This document shows, piece by piece, positions 33,030 to 54,477 of a stretch of DNA of 64,000 bases. Source of the DNA: the human T2T-CHM13v2.0 reference genome, Homo sapiens; NCBI RefSeq assembly GCF_009914755.1, contig NC_060926.1; one strand, given 5' to 3'. The notes beneath the pieces were generated by a model, which ran no database searches, was not told the DNA's origin, and saw nothing but the letters and a program-made list of their open reading frames with translations. Made by a program: the position numbers and the translations under genes. The number at the start of each line of letters is the position of its first letter. Position 1 is the first letter of the stretch.

Positions 33030-34089
33030 TGACCTCAGGCGATCCACCCGCCTCGGCCTCCCAAAGTGCTGGGATTACAGGCGTGAGCCACCACGCCCTG
33101 CTGCCCCTTGCTCTTATAAGCATCTGTACACCTACCTTTGCTCATGCTGTCCCTTAACCTGGAATGTATGGTCCCCTCCCCAGACCACTCCATCATTCCT
33201 TTCATAATGCGGAGAAATCCTCATTATCAGGGCCTGGTTGAAATGCTACTTGTTATAGCAGCTTTGCTGCTTATTCTAAAGTCAGACCAGAATTCAATCT
33301 ACTTAACTAGGCCAATTGTAAATTGATATTTTTGTTACTCTGCCTTGAATTATAGTTTCCTACAAGTCTATTTGCCCTACTAAATTGTAAGTCCTTTGAG
33401 CTGTGTTTAGTATATTTGCATTCCCTGCTGGTAGAACAGAGATGAAAACTTAGTTGCTAGTACATAGTTCTCAATAAATGTTTATTAATTTAAATTGTCT
33501 TGTTATGATGGCCTAGAAGAGGTTGCCTTGACTACTTTTTAATCCAGCACTTCCTCTTTTGCACAACTTTTCATTTGATGATCACCTTTAATTCTAGGAA
33601 TAGAAAACCTTTTTTGTTTGTTTGTTTTTGTTTTTGAGACAGAGTCTTTCTCTGCCACCCTGGCTGGACTGCAGTCGCTCAGTCATAGTTCTATGCAACC
33701 TCTAACTCCTGGGTTCAAGTGAATCTCCTGCCTCAGCCTCCTGAGTAGCTAGGACTATAGGTGTGCACCATTATGCCTGGCTAATTTTTCAGTTGTTTTG
33801 TAGAGAGGGGGTCATGCTGTGTTGTCCAGGCTGGTCTTGAGGTCCTGGCATCAAGCAATCCTCCTGCCTCACCCTCCCAAAGCTCTGGGGTTACAGGTGT
33901 GAGCCACTACATTTTGGCTGGGTGTGATAGCTCATACCTGTAATCCCAATGCTTTGGGAGGCTGAGGCAGGAGGATTACTTTAGGCCAGGGTCTCAATAC
34001 CAGCCTAGGCCACAATGCAAGACCCCATCTCTACAAAAAATAAAAATACAAGAATTAGCTGGGCATGGTGACACGCTGCTGTAGTCCTA

Positions 34090-34236
<147 letters not shown>

Positions 34237-34269
34237 TTATTGGTATGCCCACATTAATGTGAAAAAATC

Positions 34270-35260
<991 letters not shown>

Positions 35261-36038
35261 TCAGGTAATCTGCCCACCTCAGCCTCCCAAAGTGCTGGGA
35301 TTACAGGCATAAGCCACTGCGCCTGGCCACAATTTTTGTTTTATAGAATTATAAGGAATTATATAATTATATATAAAATATGTAATCATAGAATAATCAT
35401 AAAGTATTATATTTTATAGAATTATAAACAAATGCCCCTCTTTATTGCTGATCATCTTTCTTGTTCTGAGGTCTACTTTATCTGAAACTAAATTAAGCTA
35501 CTCCAGCTTTCTTTTTTTTTAAACAACTTTATTGAGATATAATTTGCATATCACAATACTGATCCTTTTGAAAAATTTTTTTTTTTTTGAGACGGAGTCT
35601 TGCTCTGTCACCCAGGCTGGAGTGCAGAGGTGCGATCTTGGCTCACTGCAACCTCTGTCTCCTGGTTCAAATGATTCTCCGGTCTCAGCCTCCTGAGTAG
35701 CTGGGACTACAGGTATGCACCACCGCACCTGGCTAATTTTTTTATTTTTTTAGTAGAGATGGGGTTTCACCATGTTGGCTAGGCTAATCTTGAACTCCTG
35801 ACCTCAAGTGTTCTGCCTGCCTCAGCCGCCCAAAGTATTGGGTTTACAGGTGTGAGCCACCGTGCCCGGCTGAGAACCCTGTTTTAAAGGCTATTAAGAT
35901 AAATTTTAAAATTGTCCTTTTGGGACATCTAATCATAAATAACAATGTAGCATTCTTGAATTAATCTACTGTTTTGCAGTAGAAATGGTTCGAATGTATG
36001 GGTAATAGTTTTAAAACTTGAATCTTCATTTCACTTGA

Positions 36039-36191
<153 letters not shown>

Positions 36192-36228
36192 TAAGTACTA
36201 AATGCATTTTTTTTTACAGTTTTGACTA

Positions 36229-37090
<862 letters not shown>

Positions 37091-37217
37091 GGAAGCAGTG
37101 GTTCTTAAGCTTTAGCAAGCATTGGAAATGGTTGGAGGGCTTGCTGAAGCACATATGGCTGCCTCCCAGTTTCTGATTTAATAGGTCTGGGGTACCGATA
37201 ATTTGCATTTTTAACAA

Positions 37218-37572
37218 TGATATGGTTTGGCTGTGTCCCCACCCAAATCTCATCTTGAATTCCCACGTGTTGTGGGAGGGACCCAGTGGGAGGTAATTGA
37301 ATTTTGGGGGCAGGTGTTCCCCATGCTGTTCTTGTGATAGTGAATAAGTCTCATGAGATCTGATGGTTTTGGGAAAGGGGAGTCTTCCTGCACAAGCTCT
37401 CTCTTTGCCTGCTGTCATCCATGTAAGACGTGATTGCTCCTGTTTGTCTTCCGCCATGATTGTGAGGCTTCCCCAGCCATGTGGAAATGTAAGTCCGATT
37501 AAACCTCTTTCCTGTGTAAATTGCCCAGTCTCGGGTATGTCTTTATCAGCAGCATGAAAATGGACTAACACA
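37218..37572 (+). mobile_element. THE1 (THE1B-like) solo LTR inserted in MER5A (~37096-37630)
   Basis: TGATATGGTTTGGCTGTGTCCCCACCCAAATCTC ... ctaacaCA; 5-bp TSD aacaa. Confidence 0.92.
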
Positions 37573-40500
37573 AACAAGTTCCCAGGTGATGCTGAAGCTG
37601 CTAGTCCTGGGACCACACCAACACCCACTGTTCTAGGGCACTGGGCAGAGACAGATAAGCTTGTACCAGCATCATGTGGAAGACAAAATGGAACTCAAAG
37701 CCCTATTAACCCTGGTTGGCTTTATCTTTCCCCTGACCCTGTGCTTAAGTTCACTTTCTCTCTAGCTCTTCCTGCTCTTGTTCCCTTCTTGTGTACCTGA
37801 ACTACATTTAACATCCTGACTCAAAACAGCCGAGTTTCTAACCATGCTACTTGTTATTGTACCATTTCCTTTCTAACCCAGATTATCATCTCTGTTTCAA
37901 ATTTCTTGCTGTGGTAACCTCACCTTAATTTCTATGTCTTCGTTAGCTCAATAGATTGCCATGATATTTTTTTACCACGGCCCATAACCTCTTTAATGGC
38001 TTGGCAGCAGGACCTTTCCTTTGATTGTTTCTTGAAGATATGAGATCTATAGTTCAGTTGTATCGTTGGCTCTTAAGGGCCTGGAACATGCAACAATAGG
38101 GCTTCCGTTGTTGCATGGCAAACATGAGAATTTTGCATGGCCCTTACTGGGGAGTTTCCTCCTCATTTGACTGATGTGAGTAGAGACTCTTAGAGCCAGC
38201 CACCATCATAATCATCTACTAGAATCCCAAGATGCTTTCCCCAGCAGCTAATAGCGCTGTTGTCTGTGGGTAGGGGGAAAACACCACCCTAACCCTGAAG
38301 AATCCATGACATAGTGCTATTACTTTGATGTGAATAAGTCTGGAAAATAGTCTCTTTCTACTGTGGTTTGCTCTATAAAATCCTTGCCTCTGAATTTTCC
38401 TGAAAACTATGCTTTATTCTGACTTACGGGTTAGACAATTTTAGTAAGTATGTTAGTAAACAAATTTTTTTAGGGGATCAGGAAAAGAAATAGTGAACTT
38501 GACAATGGCATTCTTTAGTTTTCAGTTTGGAATTTAATTGGAAACTCATTTAGATTTTAATAAAAAGGGAATAAATATATATCTTGTATCATGTGGATGC
38601 CTTAGGCTGTCAGTAACAGAACACTCCAGTGAAGAAAAGATCTCCCAGAACAAGAAGTCCAGAGGAAGGGAGAGAAGGAAGACAGGTTCGGGATTGGTTA
38701 ATTTAGTGGCTCACTGATCTAATCAAGGACCCCGACACTTTGCATCTTTATACTCTGCCATTCTCAGAATCTTCTCTCATGATTGTACTCTGGCTGTATT
38801 GAATGCAGACTCAACAGTGTCTTATGAAGAAATGGAATATTTCCTCCTGTACATCTCTTTTTGTTAGCAAGACAACAATTTCATGGAAACCCTCCAGTTT
38901 TTCCCTCAGGTCCTATTGATTAGGATTGGGGTCACTTGCCTTTCTTAAACCATCTGGCAAGGGGAATGAGACCATTATGATTGGCTTGAACCAATTAGGA
39001 GTCACTCTCCTGGGATTGGGGAGGGCCCTGCCTCTAAGTAGTTAGCTGCCTGATAATTCTGCAAAAGCTGGCTTCTATTAGCAAGGGAGGAGGAGGGGAA
39101 TGATGTAGAATAATGACTATTGTCAGGCCACAGCATGGGGCATTTTACTTACATTTAAACATAAGGTAATACTTAGTTTCTGCTACAGAATTTCTAATAC
39201 ATGTACTTAAGAGTTTTGCTGGCTGGGAACAGTGGCTCATGCCTGTGGTCCCAGTGCTTTCAGAGGCTGAGGCAGGAGGATCGCTTAAGCCCAGCCTCAG
39301 ACTTCTGTTTGAGGCTGCAGTGAGCTATGATAGTACCACTGCGTGCCAGCCTGGGCAACAGAGCAAGACCCTGTCTCAAAATTAAAAAAAAAAAAAGAAA
39401 AAGAAAAGAAAGAATGTTGCCTGACTAAGATCCAGGGGTGAATACCTTAGATTAATGTTGATTATACTCAAAACTGCAGACTATTTGAAAATAGTTCTTA
39501 ATGATGAGAAAAAGTCAAAGGCTCTCTGGATTCTTTTTTATCTTTTTGGTGCCTTATTAAAGAATTTAGAGAAATTGCAAATGAGAGTATTATTTTGATG
39601 GTTTTTAAGTACTTCATACTGTTGTGTTATTCTTAGTACTTTCAGTTTTCCTCAGGAAGATTATTAGGAGAATAATAATTTTATATCTTTTGACTGAGCA
39701 AAAATGCACTTAAGATTAATGGATTAGTTAGATGTCAGTTTTCTGATTGTGATATTGTACTACTATAGTTTTGTAAGATGTTACCACTTGGGGAAGCTGG
39801 GTAAAGAGTATATAGCAGATTTCTGCATTATTTCTTACAATTGCACTTACCTCAAAATAAAACATTTAATTTAAAAAAATGTATATAAACATCAGGAGGA
39901 TTAGAGTAATAAAGCTACTTAAGAGTAGACCCAAAATCCTACAGTCATATGTGGATAAAGAAATGGAAGGTAAAAATTAAGAAGCATTCTGCTAATGTTG
40001 TGGAATGTAATAATTACAGATGCAAACAGAACAATTATTACCAGTCCACCTGCTTCGCAGGAAGATAAAAGTAATAAAGTAAATTAAACCAATATTTTAA
40101 GTTACTTTTTATTTTCTTGGGCTCAAGTTGCTACTTCCCTGGTTTATAATTATTAGACCAACATCTGAATAGAAGCTTCAAGGGCAGAGATCGTTTTATT
40201 CATCTTTGTATCCCCCCAAAGTGCTTAACACCATGGTTTTATTACACATAGTAAGCAGCGCCCTTTTCAATAACATCTGTTATAATATAAATGAAGACTT
40301 TTAATGCTATTTCAATTAGCAAAATTATATTTTGTTTTGTGACTCTTCTCATTTAAGGGACACCTTTGAGAGCAGTTTCATTATTAAGCCTAACTCAATG
40401 ATTTCCGTAGTATATTCTTAGACACTATATGATTATGGAAGAGAAAAACATATTAACAAATTTTTGTTGCCATACATTGTTATTTTTAATTGCCAATAAA

Positions 40501-40578
40501 ATAATTACTAAGAGATATTTGTAGTTAAAAGTGTGGGGTTTTTGGTGGGGCTTATTCTGTAAAATAGGAAAAGGCTTA

Positions 40579-41158
<580 letters not shown>

Positions 41159-42887
41159 TAAATGAATCATTATTAATATTATATGATCTGTACATATGCT
41201 TTTTGCCCAACAAATATGAACTAATAAAATTGCTAAATTCTCTACTGAAAACCATCAAAATGATCTATCAATTTATGACTGTGGATATATTTCTTAGTGA
41301 CAGAAAAAGTTATTTTCAGGTAACTTATACCAGATCAGTCCAAATGAAAGGGTCTTTTTACACCCGCATCATAGGAATAGGAAAGTAGCCACCAATGGGA
41401 AAAAGTTGCAGTAGACCTAGCCTGATCTCTGGAGAGAGGTATAATGACTTGAGCTAAACAGCTTACTCCTTGGCTTCTGGATCTCACTATGGAGGTGGCA
41501 TATTCTAGGTGTCACATGGTAGGAGGCTGGGCATCCAGATTCCACAGATTGAATAGCTGACTTGGTGATAGTAACCTTCAAGGGAGGGATGACAGAGGCG
41601 TCTATCCCAGATGAGTATCTTGCCGGTCTCCTTGTTTCCCCAGTTAAATGATTCTCAGCCAAATGCCTGGCAAAGAGTGTGCAGACCACTAATGGGGTCC
41701 ACACAGAACTAAGAAATGGTAATGGACATTTCTTTTTCTTTTGGGCCTGTTGTGCCCTGACCTTTATGGGAATTTTGGAAGGAAGGGGCAGTAGTAGCTC
41801 CTAATTTTTAAATCTCCTGTGAGAATATATTAGATTTAGGGCAAAAGGATGCCTATAATCACAGTGTCACTTGCAGACTGTGGCCTTGGCCTTTGGGGTC
41901 ACTTCTTCTCCAACTATACTACCACACATGACCATCTTCTAGCATCCTACAGTTCCCCCCACTTAGGTACTTTGTCCCACCTCCAAAGCAGAAGAGAGGA
42001 TCAGAGGATGGGCCTGATGGGAAACTATGGCAGGAGCTCCAGGATGCAGTGCTTAATTTCGGGGGTTTGAGTGATTATGGAGAGGGTAGCAGATATGCAG
42101 TTGAACTCAACCCTTTCTTGCCACATCCCTCCTTGGATGGCAGGGGCAAATGGGAGCCTGAGACAACACAGAATGCTTTGAGTTTACAGGTTTGAGATGT
42201 AAGGGTGTTTGGTTCAGAGGACTGGTAAAGTTTTGATTTGGACTGGTTGTGTTGGTTGATTGGTGGCCTGAAAACTGGTCAGCACTGTATTTTTAGATTT
42301 TATTTTCCAAGAGCTTTTGAGGGGATATACTACTGTGTAAGTAATAGAACTTAGTTATGAACATGTATAACAGTTGACCTTGGTTACTTTCGAAAAGCAC
42401 TGTCTCAGTGAACAGTTTACAAAAGTTGATGGGCTTTGGCACAGTGGTATCACAAGTGCTTGATGATAGCTCAGATGCCATTGGAACAATGACATTTTAT
42501 CAAGAGGGGTATAATGGCTCTTATCAAGAGGGGTGTAATTGATCACTCTAAAGAGGGTGATTGAAGTCCTTATTAATGGGATTTGCCATTCAAATTTGGG
42601 TTCAGGATTTCAAATCTGTTGATCTTTATTCAGCTAGGGTTCATTCAGAGTTCTAGAAGAAATGGGTAGACCTGTATTTTGTGTTACTAACTGTATTATG
42701 CTGTATGCCTATGTATGTCTTTCCCAGTTGACTGTAAGCCACTTTAGAGCAAGGCTTGATTATCTTCCATCTTTGTGTCTAATGTGCCTTTTATTGTAAG
42801 CTTAGGTTAGCATGTTGCTTAGTTGAATATTTGTTCTTTGACCAAAAAAGGAAATTTATCTTTTTATCTTATTTTTGTATATTTCAG

Positions 42888-42939
42888 AAAATCAAAAGAG
42901 GAATATGACCAGGAAGAAGAAAGGAAGAGGAAAAAACAG
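42888..42939 (+). CDS. CFAP36: CFAP36 exon 6 (KSKEEYDQEEERKRKKQ)
   Basis: tttcag| ... CAG|gtgcct; 52 nt. Confidence 0.94.
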
Positions 42940-43240
42940 GTGCCTACAGAACATATAACAGAAGTATTTTATTGCTGTTATCTCTTATTAAGTTTACACC
43001 TAGATCTTACTATTAAAATTTATACTTATGTGGAACTACATAATTTTAAGTACAATGTAAATATTGACCAATAATATTAATATATCAATAATTCTATGTA
43101 TGTCGTGCATTACTGCTGGCCACCATATTATATAGTACTATATATACTTAACTGTATATAGTACAAACACCACATAGTACTAATTAATCTTACAGGACAT
43201 GCATATAAGCAAGAGTAGTCATTTTTTTTGGCAAGTTTAA

Positions 43241-43543
<303 letters not shown>

Positions 43544-43546
43544 TGA

Positions 43547-43846
<300 letters not shown>

Positions 43847-43867
43847 TGAACTCCTGACCTCATGTGA

Positions 43868-44239
<372 letters not shown>

Positions 44240-44537
44240 TAAGAGTGTATACTTTATACTTTCTTTTAAAGAGGCCAGACGTGGTGGCTCACTCCTGTAA
44301 TCCCAGCACTTTGAGAGGCTGAGGTGGGTGGATCACTTGAGGCCAGGAATTCGAGACCAGCAACATGGCAAAACCCCATCTCTACTAAAAATGCAACAAT
44401 TAGCCGAGCGTGGTAGTGCACACCTGTAATCCCAGCTACTCAGGTGGCTCAGGCATGAGAATCATTTAAATCCAGGAGCCGGAGGTTGCAGTGAGTCAGG
44501 ATCACACTACTGCACTCCAGTCTGGGTGACAGAGTGA

Positions 44538-44780
<243 letters not shown>

Positions 44781-46099
44781 TGAACTTTCTCTAATAATAT
44801 GAATACATAAACACCATATAGAATGTGCCACTTTCTCATACTTATTTAACTTCAAAAGCCCTGGGAGGGAGTATTGAATGTCTTTGGTATTTAACGTTCT
44901 TTGTGAATTTGGTTAAAGAGGTTGCAGACGAGATACTGACCTGAAAGAGAGCGTATAGTCCTCAAGTTTCCGTGTAAAGCCTGGAACCCAGAGTAGAGAG
45001 CAAAACTCCTTGAGGGAGTAACTAGCCTTTGTGCATGACTGCAGCTTACAAGAGAGGTTCACATAACATTTGGTATTCTCTTCCATGCTTACAGTTGTAT
45101 GGTATTTGTTAGTGAGAAGCTGAACTTGGAAAGATAATATTAAATTTCTTTTCCAATGAATTAAGTACAGCTAGAAAATAAGAGGTAGCCATTTTGTCCA
45201 GATATTTGGTCAGAAATCATATCTTTGAAATCAAAATTTATAGGAATCCTTGTAGGAAATACTAGTGGATGACCTTTTCAACATGTGGCAAATCTATTCT
45301 CAATATGAACTGATTTTCTATATAAGAAAACAAGTAATTCTGAAACAGAAATTATGGTCATGAATTCAGTTCATTTTATTATGGATTCCTATGGTTTTAA
45401 ATAAATGTCCTTTTCTCAATTAAAAAAATATACTCTGTGAGGTAGATATTATAATCCTTGTTTTTCTTTTATCTTTTTTTTTTTTTTTTGAGTCAGAGTT
45501 TTGCTGTTGTTGCCCAGGCTAGAGTGCAATGGTGTGATCTCGGCTCACCATAACCTCCACTTCCTGGGTTCAAGTGATTCTCCTGCCTTAGCCTCCTGAG
45601 TAGCTGGGATTACAGGCAGGCACCACCACGCCCAGCTAATTTTATATATTTAGTAGAGATGGGGTTTCTACATGTTGGTCAGGCTGGTCTCGAACTCCCA
45701 ACCTTAGGTGATCTGCTTGCCTTGGCCTCCCAAAGTGCTGGGATTACAGGCATGAGCCACTGTGCCTGGCTACTCTTATCTTTTTTAAAAAAATTATTTT
45801 TGTTGAGTCGGGTGTTGCTGTGTTGCCCAGGCTGGGTCTCAAACTCCTGGCCTCAAGTGATCCTCCTGCCTCAGCCTCCCAAAGCACTAGGATTATAGGC
45901 ATGAGCCACTGTACCCATCCCTTCTTTTTTTTTTTTTTAAAGAAATTCAAGGAAGCTGAGCGACTTGTCCAAGATCACCGAACTCTTCAATGGTGAAATT
46001 ATGACTTACCTTGGTCTTCTGACACTAAATATATTCTTCTAAACCTTAGTTTAGAAGAACTTCTATAATTGAGATTAGTGTGATGTTTACCCATTAATT

Positions 46100-49080
<2,981 letters not shown>

Positions 49081-51075
49081 CACCCATTAATTTTAAGGAG
49101 TTAGATTCTTATTTGACAGAAAAACAGGAGTATATTGAATCAGAAGCAGATCTGTGAAGTTACCTTGCTTCTTTCTTTGTACCAAGTCAAACCATTTCTT
49201 TTTTATATATATGCTACAGATTGTAAGGAGAAATAGCCTCATTTTAATGATATATATGAAAGCTCCTGCTTTAGGTTTGTCTGTGCTCTAGTTTGCTGAC
49301 CCAAATTAACTTTGTTTTATATACACCTAAGTACATACACTATTTAAATCTTGTGTCTAACATAAATTGAATAAATTTGCTTTGTCTGCTTTCTTATCTA
49401 AGTGAAGCTATAGAAAACTTGATCTCAAACCACATATAATTCAGTTGTACACATTAATGGTACACCATAAATGGTAGATCTCAAAAGTAATGATTTCAAT
49501 TTTTAAAATAATTTTTTTCAAATGCGCATATCTGATATTTCAGAGAATCACTTCGTACAAAGTGATGGAAGCCCAGTATGAAGACCTGAGTTTGGAAGAA
49601 TCATGAAGTTGTTTGAGCTTCTGCTTTGTCCTTTTGCCTGTCTTTCCCTCATTCCTGCCAGCAATGGATAGTGTCTTTTCTCAGATTGATGCAGATTTGC
49701 CAGAGATGAGATGATCTTTCTTTAGGTTTTCTGGCTTTCTGATCTTCCCTTCCTAGAAATTAGAGAAGCTAAGTATTTGGCTTCAAGTACTTTCCTTTCT
49801 AGGCCTGAGAATATACGTATGTTCATAATTAACAAACCCAAGGCAAGAACTGTCCAGAGAAAGAACATGAGTGGAATATAAATGCTTATATGTATGGGTT
49901 CCCCCCTCCTCAGGAATTATTTGAACTGTCCCTTCTCCAGTTCTGTGAGTCCACTGAGGGCTAAGCCTACCTCTGCTAACGTCACTCTCAGTAATAACAG
50001 CGGTGTTTTACCTCTATCTTTATTTCTGTTAGTTATGTAGCTCCCTGTCTAGGTTGGTTTGGAGTGCTGGTTACAGCTTATCTTTTCCATGGAGATTTCC
50101 CTTATTGTCCAAGGGTCTGGAGAGCTTTTCTTCCTTCAACCTCTCTGGCACTGTAGTCAGTCTGGTCACTGCTAGAGGAGTGGTCTGTTGTCAAGTTTCT
50201 TGCACAGACAAAATTCTGTTTTCTGTTTTAGTATGTATGCTGGCAAGGTATTTTTTTTTTTTTAACTGGCAGGATCAACCAGGTGTGGCAAAAATTTTAA
50301 TCATTTAGACATGTGTGCCATGTTTTCCCATCATGCTTTTAGATCTTAGCATCATTTTAATGTCTTTGCTTGTCTCAGTGTGCTTTCTTTCATAGCCCAT
50401 GTATTTACACTGAAAATGTTTTATCTTTTTAAAAACAATCACCTTATAATAAAAAATGGCTCAGAGGAGCAATTAGAATGTTAACTCTCTCTCTTGGTTG
50501 GCACAGTCACCAAATGGCTGGAAAGTATTTAGTGCTCATGTTTATATGTGCTTCCAAGTTCTGCTTGCTTTAGAAATCTTTACATTTTCATAATGCACTG
50601 GCAGGTTTATAGTTATCTTCAATACATAATTATAAACAAAAATTATTGACATTACTGGCATGCACTCTTGCAATACAAAAAATTATAGTTTTACATTAAT
50701 TGTTCTGAAAGTATAGGGTGACTTTTTACATGCAAGCAAAAGTTTGGAAACCAATTACATTGTAGTAAGGGATTAGTATACTGTTTATTTGGATTATGTG
50801 GCAATCTTATATTATAGTGTAGTTCTAATCTTTAGACAAGGATTTTAGCTTTTTGTAGCTATAGTACTGTACAAACAGCAGAAGCATGGTACTTGTTGAG
50901 AAGTAGGTGAGAAACTGTAGTTCCAAGCTCCTTAAGGATAGAGACATGATGTTTACTGTTCTTACCCAGTGGCTGGCACAGTATAGGCACTGAATATATG
51001 TTGACTGAATGACTATGAGGAAAAACAAGTATTATTAACATTAGCTCATTTCGGTAAACCTAGCCTAACACTTAA

Positions 51076-51667
<592 letters not shown>

Positions 51668-51889
51668 TAATCACCTCCTAGTGCAGTAGCTGCTAAGTCT
51701 TTTCTAGGAAGTGAAATTGTTGTGATAAGGATTTTTTGAGGCAGAAAATAGCGGTGTCATTATACATTTTTTTCTTATGCTGTTTCTTTACTTGCCCTTC
51801 TCTGAGTATGTCAGGGTTGGTGGTCTGTTTCACCTGGGCATTCTGAAATGTTTTATCATAGAGCAGCATCAGTACCACCTTTATCATAG

Positions 51890-52195
<306 letters not shown>

Positions 52196-52240
52196 TAATT
52201 AAGAACAATTTAACAAAATGGAAGTTCAAATTGTCTTAAA

Positions 52241-52246
52241 AATAAA
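52241..52246 (+). terminator. CFAP36 polyadenylation signal AATAAA
   Basis: AATAAA 45 nt after the stop codon, implying a ~70-nt 3'UTR. Confidence 0.8.
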
Positions 52247-53603
52247 TTATTTAGTCCTTACACTGAGCCTTTTAGTTTCGAACACTTTTGTAAATCCAAA
52301 TATCTTAAACACTTTAGGTAAAGGACAGTAGGGAAGGCAGCTACTCATACTGATTAGTTTAATACAAATTCCTGGATGTTTTCCCTTGGAAAGAGGGTAT
52401 AGAAGGAAACTAGTTGATAGTATGTTCATTCATTCAAACTCGGTTACCTACTGTTTGTGCCAGGCATTGTGCTAAGCACTAAGGATACAGGAGTCAACTA
52501 GATTGACAGGGTCACTGCCTTCATGGGGCTAGTGGAGAGGGCCCAAAGACGAAACTGTTAGAAAGGCAAAGTGTAGTGTCCTATGAGCAGGGCTGGCTAA
52601 GCCTCTTTAAGCTGAATGGAAGGTTAATTACACAAAGAATAGGTAAGGAACAGTTCAGGTTCTGCAGCAGGAAATAAAGCATATACTGAAAAACTGGAGT
52701 ATATATATGAGTGGAGACGGTTAGCATATGAAATTGGAGACAGGTGGGGGACTGACAGTGCAGAGTCTTACAGGGAATGTGAGGATTTAATTTTTTTAAA
52801 AATTATTTTAGAGACAGGATCTTGCTCTGCTGCCCAGGCTGGCGTGCAGTTGCACAATCCCAGCTCTGGATTTTAAATTTTGTAATACCAGCAGTGTCAA
52901 GTCATTGAAAAATTTTAATGCAGGGGCCAGGCACGGTGGCTGACACTGTAATCCCAGCACTTTGGGAGGCCGAGGTGGACAGATTGCTTGAGCCCAGGAG
53001 TTTGAGATCAGCCTGGGCAACATGGCAAAACCCTGTATCTACTAAAAATACAAAAAATTAGCTAGGCATGGTGGCATATACCTGTAGTCCCAGTTACCTG
53101 GGAGGCTGAGGTGCTAGGATCACCAGAGCCCCGGAGGTCAAGGCTGCAGTGAGCTATGATCACAGCACTCCACTCCAGCCTGGATGACACAGTGAGACCG
53201 TCTCAAAAAAAAGGAAAAAAAAAATTAAAGCAGGGAAGTTAAATGATCAAAATTTTCATTTTTATTGCTGTATGAGGTAGAGTAGTTGTGGGTGTACCAT
53301 GTATGAGACAGTCCAATCAAGGGTAGAGATAACTTGGGCAGTGGTAAGGTAGATTTTACATTTATCATTTACACTTATACGAGGCAGGAGCAAATAGGAC
53401 TTGGAAAATAGATGTGCGGGATGTAAAAAATACTCACTCTTTCTAGACAAACTCTTACTAAAACACAGGCAAAGGGAATAATCGATTGAGCCTGTTGAAG
53501 GAGATGCCACCACTGGGTGTTGGTGTTTAAGAGAAGTGACCCTAAGATTTCTGTAGTCTGTTTGTTTAAAGATAAACCACAATAATAGGAGACCTTTCTT
53601 TCA

Positions 53604-53843
<240 letters not shown>

Positions 53844-54477
53844 TCACGCCACTGCATTCCAGCCTGGGTGACAGAGCAAGACTCCATATAAAAAAAATAA
53901 AATAAAAAAGGCCAGGCATGGTGGCTCATGCCTGTAATCCCAACATTTTGGGAGGCTGAGGGGGTGCAGATCACTTGAGGTCAGGAGTTCAAGACCAGCC
54001 CGACCAACATGGTGAAACCCCATCTCTACTAAAATACAAAAATTAGCTGGGCGTGGTGGTGCATGCCTGTAATGCCAGCTACTCGGGTGGCTGAGGCTGG
54101 AGACTCGCTTCAACCTGGGAGGTGGAAGTTGCAGTGAGCGAAATCACACCACTGCACTCCAGCCTGGGCAACAACAGAGCAAGACTCCATCTCCAAAAAA
54201 CAAACAAACAAACAAAAAACTTCCAGTCTTGTAATATCCCACGTCCACCCTTTTCTAAGTACAGGATACTCCTGAGATTTAACTTATAATCACATTTTAT
54301 CTCCTTAAGTCTACCATTATAAACTTTTAAAAAAGGATACCAAAATTAGTGTAACAGGATTTACTCATTTCAGTTACACAATTCCAAACTTTCCCCTGCA
54401 GGAAAACCAGTATTTACATTTGTTATATTTTCATCACTAGATGGCTAAGAGGAAATGCTAGTGATTAAAACACAGAA

